Assembly: GCA_037441845.1 (NCBI GenBank)
Contig: JBBIRK010000007.1
Location: 1-34,474, forward strand
Source of the DNA: Candidatus Zixiibacteriota bacterium
Lineage (GTDB): Bacteria > Zixibacteria > MSB-5A5 > UBA10806 > 4484-95
Length of the DNA: 34,474 nt
Reading direction: 5' to 3'
A program made the translations under genes and the position numbers. A model generated the notes under the pieces. The model was not told where the DNA came from. It was given only the letters and a program-made list of their open reading frames with translations, and searched no databases. Every line of letters starts with the position of its first letter. Position 1 is the first letter of the stretch. This document shows, one piece after another, positions 28,394 through 34,474 of the stretch.

Positions 28394-29869
28394 CTACTTC
28401 AGATATTGCAGCCTTACGACTTTCTCCTCATCGCCTATATGCAGGCGGCAAAAGTAAACGCCGGTGGCAACGGTATTGCCCGACAAATCCCGGCCGTCCC
28501 AAATCAATGAATGCTCCCCTATTTGCTTTTCACTCTCGGCGACAACCGCGACCCGCCGGCCGAGTATATCGAAAATTTCCGCCGATACTCTCTCGATACG
28601 ATCGATTCCATAGGCGATCGTAACCGACGAATTGAAAGGATTCGGATAAGCCACAGGTTCGATTCTTATCGGCAATTCACCCTCGATATCGCTGTAAACC
28701 TGTTCGTCTTCGAGAGGAACGGCAAGACGATAAGCGGCCGTCGTCGTGTGCCCGTGAGCATCCGAAAAATCGGCCGAAATGACTTTGAAGTCCTCAACGT
28801 TCAATCTTCGAGACGCCTCCACCTGAATATCCACCGCCTTAAAAACTCCCGACGGTAGATCGACCGCTCTCATACTATAGCCGGCGAACTTTAATAAACC
28901 CTCAGTCTCACCATACGCCAGCAGAAGATTGCCGGCAGCTTCTCCCAGAGCAAGGCCACAAACCCGATCAATATAATCGGGTAATATCAATGAGAAAGCA
29001 AAGCCGCCCAGAGGCTCTTTACTATCCAAAAATATAGAGATCATTTGATAATTGTCAAGTATTTTCGCAGGCTTTGCGGTCGCCGCAAGCAGTTGCTGGG
29101 CCAACTGATCGGGATCAATAGGTTCCGGCGGAGCAAAGAGTAGAGTATCGGGGTCGCCGTTGATTATCCGCAGCATGTAAACGAAATCGGCGATAGTAGC
29201 CTGAAGGTTGTCGCGATTGCAGTCGGAGTTGGCCATCTGGCGCGGACTGAAATGGATTGCTCCGGTGAAGAAACTGACAAAAGTAACCACGTCACCGACT
29301 TCAAAAGGATCGCCGTTCAGATTCAGATCACCGTAAAGTGGTCTGAAAATAAAGAATTCCCCTCTTTGTAGGACCAGCTGCGGGGGAATGATGAAATAGC
29401 CGTTCGACAGCAGCAGGAGATTGTCCGGATAGGGCGTATTGACGTCCTCGATGAATTCGATAAAGGTCCCCATGTCGCGTCCGAGATCATTGACGATGAC
29501 ATCCATGGATATATAAGCTACTATCGTATCGCCGGGGGGAATCGGAGGCACATACGGAGGCGGGATTAGATCTCTTTCGAGCTCCACCTCGATCCGCCCT
29601 GGTGTATTGATATCGAAACTCGCCAGCTGGAAAAATATCGCCGGAGCCACCGAACGCGGTCTGATCAAAGAGGCGTCATAGGTGATGATCAGGTGGATAT
29701 ATTCGACCGGCTGCGAATTATGCAGGGCTATCGGAACCGCCACATTCTGCTGACCCACGTAGGCTTCGACGTAGGAATCGCCGAAATAGACGCGATAATC
29801 TTGGGCAAACGCACCCGTGGCCGCGGCCAGCAATAATAAGGCGGCCACTACCAGCTTAGGAGCGTTCAT
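28394..29869 (-). CDS. Secreted cohesin-dockerin-cohesin-like protein with C-terminal FlgD-Ig/T9SS type A-like sorting domain (putative mini-scaffoldin)
   Basis: Start at ATG 29869 (GGAGGT RBS) with signal peptide AFA|Q. Cohesin-like VAVPIALHN....IHLIITYDASLI; dockerin GDLNLNG..VGDV...SDCNRD...IADF; second cohesin-like ISIFLDS..PLGGFAF; CTD AYPNPFN...IFDILGRRV...WDGRD..G..VATGVYF. Confidence 0.8.
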   Translation of the reverse strand: MNAPKLVVAALLLLAAATGAFAQDYRVYFGDSYVEAYVGQQNVAVPIALHNSQPVEYIHLIITYDASLIRPRSVAPAIFFQLASFDINTPGRIEVELERDLIPPPYVPPIPPGDTIVAYISMDVIVNDLGRDMGTFIEFIEDVNTPYPDNLLLLSNGYFIIPPQLVLQRGEFFIFRPLYGDLNLNGDPFEVGDVVTFVSFFTGAIHFSPRQMANSDCNRDNLQATIADFVYMLRIINGDPDTLLFAPPEPIDPDQLAQQLLAATAKPAKILDNYQMISIFLDSKEPLGGFAFSLILPDYIDRVCGLALGEAAGNLLLAYGETEGLLKFAGYSMRAVDLPSGVFKAVDIQVEASRRLNVEDFKVISADFSDAHGHTTTAAYRLAVPLEDEQVYSDIEGELPIRIEPVAYPNPFNSSVTIAYGIDRIERVSAEIFDILGRRVAVVAESEKQIGEHSLIWDGRDLSGNTVATGVYFCRLHIGDEEKVVRLQYLK

Positions 29870-29870
29870 A

Positions 29871-32800
29871 TCAATTACCTCCATTCGAATACGCATTGCC
29901 CAATTTAATCTGCCTCGGCTCGGAACCGATTAGCAACGGCGGTGGCGGCGGTCCCAGACCTTTGAAATATCTCACGAGATAGGTAACGTCCGCGCCGCCC
30001 ACGAAACCATCGGCGTTGGCATCACCGCGCGCCAGAGGATTCGGCGGCGGGTTTACGCCCTTGAAGAAAGCCACCAGGTAGATGACGTCTGAACCACGCA
30101 ATTGCCCGTCGGCGTTGGCATCGCCCCTGATGAAAGTGATTACGTTTATCTGCACCTGCATCGAATCGGATAATCCTGTGGTATCTGCGGCGATAAATGT
30201 CAAATTGTAGGTACCTGCCTGGTCGACTGTCGGTGTCCAGGTGAACGATCCGCGCCCGTTGCCGGAATCGGCGAAAACGGCTCCCTGAGGCAATGTGCCC
30301 AGGTAGCTGAAAATTATTCTGTTGCCGTCGGGATCGGTCGCCTGGAACGGTATGGTCAACAGCGAATCGGGAGCGGCATTATACTGGCTTGGCGCGGCGG
30401 CGAACTGCGGCGGATGCATCCCCGAGGAAACGACCACGATGCGTACCACTTCCGAATCGAGTATCGCGGTGTTGAGGCTGTCTCGGGCAAGGAAAGTAAC
30501 GAAATGCGTTCCGATCTGAGCCAATCCCGGCGTAAATTGGAAAGTGCCGGTTCCATTGCGATTATCCACGAACGTGGCTTGCGGCGGCAACACCCGCACC
30601 GCCAGCGAGGGTGTATTCAAATCGGGGTCGGTGGCGGTTATCGTATAGGTGAGAATGGTGCCGTCGACTATGGTCGTATCCAGAGGTATCGGACCCAAGA
30701 CCGGCGGACGATTGACGTTCACCACCGTGATGGTTACCGAACGATTGGTGAATATAAGGGTATCCTCTCTATCGATCGCCCGGAAAGTAACGGTTCTTAT
30801 ACCCGATTGAGTGTAACTGGGACGGAAAGTAAATAGCCCGGCGCCGTTGCCCGAATCGACGAACGAGGAGTTCTGTAGCGCGTTCACTTGAATCAGGCGA
30901 GGCGGTACCAGGTCCAGATCGCGTCCCTGCACCACAAATTGCAAAGTGTCGCCCTCGTTGATCGTGAACGGTCCGATCGAATCGATGGTGGGGATCTGAT
31001 TGACGTTGTTGACGATTATGGTAACGAATTGGGAATCCGCCAAATCGGCATCCTCGGCGTCTATAACCTTGAAGATGACGCTGTAACTTCCGGCTTGAAA
31101 ATTATTGGGGGAGAATGTAAATAAACCATGACCATTGCCGGAGTCGGTGAAAGCGGCGTTGGCCGGCAGATTGAGCGCCGTAAGATGCGGAATGGTCGAA
31201 TCGGCATCGGTTCCATAAACCGGGAAAGTCAGTGTTGCCATTTCATTGACCGTCCGCACGGTCGTCAAGGGCACAAGTGCGGGTCGCTGGTTGCCGGCTT
31301 CGATCACGGTGACAGTCACCGCGTGCGAATCGGCGGCTCCACTCGGATCGACCGCCCGGAACAACATCGGGTAAACTCCCGCCTGATTGAAAAACGGCGT
31401 GAATCGGAACAGCGCCGTCCCGTTGCCCAGGCTCACCAATGAGGAATGGGCCGGAGCGTTATCGACGAAGAGCTGACAAATGGTCGAATCGGGATCGGTG
31501 CTGAGGATCAACACCTGCAACGACTCACCTTCGACGATCGAAGTATCGTCGAATGCATACAGCGTGGGCGTTTGGTTACCCAGGTCTTGGACATATATAT
31601 AAGCGGCCTTAACGTCGCTGTCGATTCCATCGAATGCCTTGATATTGACTATGAATATTCCGGCCTGAGTATAATCGGGGGCGAACCGGAAAGTGCCGCT
31701 GTTGCCGCCATTGTTGAGCACCACGCTGTTGCGCGGCGGCGGCGGATAATCATATAGACTGAAACTGACGCTATCCCCGTCGGGATCGGTGGCGGATAAA
31801 GCCACCGTAAGGGTTTCGGCTTGGTCGATTTCATAGGCCGACAGCGGAGCCATGGCCGGAGGCCGATTGAGGTTCAGGATAACGAAACGAGCCGTCGTCC
31901 TTCCCTCGAGAGGTGGAGACCCCAGGTCAAATACCCGGAAAACCGCCGAATCCTGAGTGGCGGTCGAATAAGGAGGCACGAATACGAACGAACCGGTGCG
32001 GTCGTGATTATCTGTGAAAGAGGCGCCGGTGGGAAGATAGATCGCAGAGATGTAAAGGGGACCGCCGGAACCGTCGGTCGAATCGTAGGCAAAAACCGTC
32101 CCGCGCAAGGTATCGCCCTCGAAAACGATGGTATCGCCGCGATAATAAAGAGTAGGGGCGATATTGAATTCCACGGTCGTGAGCAGCACGAGCAGCGATG
32201 ACCGCAGACCCAGCTCGTCGGTGGCGATAAATATCAACGTATCCAATCCGCTGTCGTAATAATTGGGCCGATATTGGAAGATACCGCTGCCGTCGCCGTT
32301 GTCGGTGAACTGGGAGCGAGGTATCGGATTTGCCAGCACCAATGTAGGTGGAGTCGAGCCGTCTGGATCGGTGGCGGTGACCGTGAATCTTATGCTGTCA
32401 CCTTCATAGACGCTTTGCGGAGGAATAGCCACGAACACCGGCGGCCGATTGCCCGAGGAAATGACGCTTACATAGAAATTCTTGGAAACGGAATACCCCG
32501 GATCGGAAACGATTACATTTATTACATAGTCGCCTACCTGCCCCAGCGTCGGCCTGAAATAAAACAGCGCGGTGTATCGCGTAAGCTGCACCAACCCGGC
32601 GTTAAACGGTATGGCGCTGCCGGAGGTGAACGACAACGAATCGCCGTCGGGATCAATCGCGGAGATTATAATCGCCAGACTATCCCCCGGCAGTATGGTG
32701 AATGTCGAATCGATGTTAAGTATGGTGGGCGCTTGATTTCCGGCTTCCAGAACCGTGATAGTGACGATTTCGCTGTCCCGCGCGGCGCCGTCGGATACGA

Positions 32801-34474
32801 AAACACCCACGTTATAGACACCGCTTTGAGTGAAATCCGGGAAGAAACGGAATTGGCCCGAGGTGCGATTCAGGTTTATCACCGAGGCGTTTGGCGGCAA
32901 GTTGGTTCCCGTGAAATAAAGGCTGTCGTTATCGGGGTCGCTGGCAATCAAGGTAAACACCAAACTGTCTCCTTCGATAACCGAACGTGAGCCTATGTCC
33001 CCGAGCACGGGCGGACGATTGAGATTCAAGACGGTTATTTCAACGATTTCGGTATCGGCCAAAACCCCATCGCTGGCGATAAAACTGACATAATAAACTC
33101 CGGCCTGGGCAAAACTCGGATTGAAGACAAACCTACCGGTTCCGTCACCATGGCTTTCGAAAGTCGAGTTGGCAGGGATATTTACGGCAGAGAGGATAGG
33201 TATGGTTAGGTCGGGGTCATGGGATACCACGTTTATTTCCAACTGTTGTCCCTCGACAACGGCCCGCGGTCCGATCGAATCGATCACCGGGCGTTGATTG
33301 CCGGCATCGAAAACCGTAATGCTCACGATCTCCGTATCGATCAAACCGCCATCGGAGGCCAGAAACAACAGGTCGTAAATTCCTGATTGAGTGAAATCGG
33401 GAGCGAAACGGAAATGCCCGGAACCATTGGTGGAATCGATAAAGACGGCATTGGCGGGCAAATTGGCAACCGATAGGGTCGGGATCACCAGATCGGGATC
33501 ATAGGCAGAGACATTAAAGGTCAATATGGTCCCTTCCATAACCGACCGCGGAGGAATGGGATTCCAGACCGGGGCGCGGTTGCGGTTGATCACGGTTATT
33601 TCTATAATTTCCGTGTCGGCCAGCACGCTGTCGGAGGCCACGATGGTCGCCGTATAGAAACCGGCATCGAAATAACCCGGAGCAAAATAAAGCAGGCCGC
33701 TGCCGTTGCCGCTGTCGAAAAAGGTGGCCGTCGGCGGCAACTCGATCGCCGATAACATCGGCGGATCATCGTCTATATCCGTGGCCACTATCAAGAGTCG
33801 TAACGTATCTCCCTCATAAATTATCTGCGCTCCGGGGGAAATGATTGATGGAGGTAGATTGACATCGGCAACTTCGATAGCAACATACTGGCTGTCGGCA
33901 GATTCGCCATCGCTGGCAAAGAACAGAACGGAGTAGTTCCCGGATTGGTAATAGCTGGGAGTGAACCGGAACAACCCGACCCCATCGCCCGAATCGATAA
34001 AGGCCGAATTAAGCGGCGGCGCATCCACGAAAAGCGACGGCGCCCCATCGGGATCGCTTGCGGTAACCAAAAACTGAATCGTATCACCCTCATTCATGCT
34101 GATTGGAGTGGTGATCGAGTCGAGCGTTACCGGACGGTTGACATTGACAACTATTATTTGCACCCATTGGCTGTCGGTAAATTGCGTGTCAGCCGCCGCA
34201 AAGAGAACATCATAGATGCCCGCCTGGAAATAGTCGGGAGTGAACGTAAATTGACCGGTGCCGTCGCCGTTATCGATAAAGCCGCTGTTTGTCGGCAGAT
34301 TGGCCGCCGTTAGAATCGGTATCGTGCCGTCGAAATCCGATGCCGATATGTTGATCACCAAAGTTTCGGCTTCGTTGACTGTCTGCGGGCTCGCGATAGA
34401 GTCCAAAACGGGCGGAAGATTCACATCCGTCACCGTGATCGCCACCAACTCGCTGTCCGCCAACCCACCGGTGT
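29871..34474 (-). CDS. Giant cadherin-like/Ig tandem-repeat protein with C-terminal dockerin (partial; start lies beyond the window end)
   Basis: The frame is open to the window edge. I count 15 complete ~95-aa repeats of the form NxPP...EG..L...A.DPD....LP.N..F.D.G.G.G.F.F.P...QAG.Y. C-terminal GDANADGQLRGSDVIYLVAFFKG...GDANADGFVGGADVTYLVRYFKG. Confidence 0.9.
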   Translation of the reverse strand, partial: TGGLADSELVAITVTDVNLPPVLDSIASPQTVNEAETLVINISASDFDGTIPILTAANLPTNSGFIDNGDGTGQFTFTPDYFQAGIYDVLFAAADTQFTDSQWVQIIVVNVNRPVTLDSITTPISMNEGDTIQFLVTASDPDGAPSLFVDAPPLNSAFIDSGDGVGLFRFTPSYYQSGNYSVLFFASDGESADSQYVAIEVADVNLPPSIISPGAQIIYEGDTLRLLIVATDIDDDPPMLSAIELPPTATFFDSGNGSGLLYFAPGYFDAGFYTATIVASDSVLADTEIIEITVINRNRAPVWNPIPPRSVMEGTILTFNVSAYDPDLVIPTLSVANLPANAVFIDSTNGSGHFRFAPDFTQSGIYDLLFLASDGGLIDTEIVSITVFDAGNQRPVIDSIGPRAVVEGQQLEINVVSHDPDLTIPILSAVNIPANSTFESHGDGTGRFVFNPSFAQAGVYYVSFIASDGVLADTEIVEITVLNLNRPPVLGDIGSRSVIEGDSLVFTLIASDPDNDSLYFTGTNLPPNASVINLNRTSGQFRFFPDFTQSGVYNVGVFVSDGAARDSEIVTITVLEAGNQAPTILNIDSTFTILPGDSLAIIISAIDPDGDSLSFTSGSAIPFNAGLVQLTRYTALFYFRPTLGQVGDYVINVIVSDPGYSVSKNFYVSVISSGNRPPVFVAIPPQSVYEGDSIRFTVTATDPDGSTPPTLVLANPIPRSQFTDNGDGSGIFQYRPNYYDSGLDTLIFIATDELGLRSSLLVLLTTVEFNIAPTLYYRGDTIVFEGDTLRGTVFAYDSTDGSGGPLYISAIYLPTGASFTDNHDRTGSFVFVPPYSTATQDSAVFRVFDLGSPPLEGRTTARFVILNLNRPPAMAPLSAYEIDQAETLTVALSATDPDGDSVSFSLYDYPPPPRNSVVLNNGGNSGTFRFAPDYTQAGIFIVNIKAFDGIDSDVKAAYIYVQDLGNQTPTLYAFDDTSIVEGESLQVLILSTDPDSTICQLFVDNAPAHSSLVSLGNGTALFRFTPFFNQAGVYPMLFRAVDPSGAADSHAVTVTVIEAGNQRPALVPLTTVRTVNEMATLTFPVYGTDADSTIPHLTALNLPANAAFTDSGNGHGLFTFSPNNFQAGSYSVIFKVIDAEDADLADSQFVTIIVNNVNQIPTIDSIGPFTINEGDTLQFVVQGRDLDLVPPRLIQVNALQNSSFVDSGNGAGLFTFRPSYTQSGIRTVTFRAIDREDTLIFTNRSVTITVVNVNRPPVLGPIPLDTTIVDGTILTYTITATDPDLNTPSLAVRVLPPQATFVDNRNGTGTFQFTPGLAQIGTHFVTFLARDSLNTAILDSEVVRIVVVSSGMHPPQFAAAPSQYNAAPDSLLTIPFQATDPDGNRIIFSYLGTLPQGAVFADSGNGRGSFTWTPTVDQAGTYNLTFIAADTTGLSDSMQVQINVITFIRGDANADGQLRGSDVIYLVAFFKGVNPPPNPLARGDANADGFVGGADVTYLVRYFKGLGPPPPPLLIGSEPRQIKLGNAYSNGGN

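Noticed and set aside
20321..34313. Many long plus-strand ORFs (e.g. 20321-21232, 22028-22816, 24296-25237, 32274-32990)
   Set aside because: They are antisense to strongly codon-biased genes, are Arg/Gly/Val-rich shadow translations and contain no motifs.

Overview
This is a moderately GC-rich window from a diderm bacterium. Dockerin-tailed secreted proteins, a FlgD/T9SS-type CTD, class II RNR, ThyX and a TatD-radical SAM fusion suggest the FCB superphylum, most likely Zixibacteria-like (inference only). The left end holds the N-terminal part of a large secreted Cys-repeat protein that runs off the window and is missing from the ORF track. Next is a coupled minus-strand operon: TatD-rSAM, rsmA, a putative outer-membrane beta-barrel, two paralogous lipoproteins and a degenerate divergent polysaccharide deacetylase. 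The middle holds an extended GlpX-like FBPase, pruA, an AT-rich PD-(D/E)xK-like gene behind thyX-nrdJ, a cytochrome-b5-reductase-like oxidoreductase, and a GH35-like protein whose two catalytic Glu appear replaced by Gln. The right 14 kb is the most interesting part: four co-directional secreted proteins that look like a non-cellulosomal cohesin-dockerin system. They are a cohesin-dockerin-cohesin-CTD mini-scaffoldin and three proteins with near-identical C-terminal dockerins (a cadherin-like Ig-repeat protein, an S8 protease and a 2054-aa adhesin-like protein). No rRNA, tRNA, CRISPR array or transposase was recognised. All family calls come from motif recognition by eye, not from database searches.
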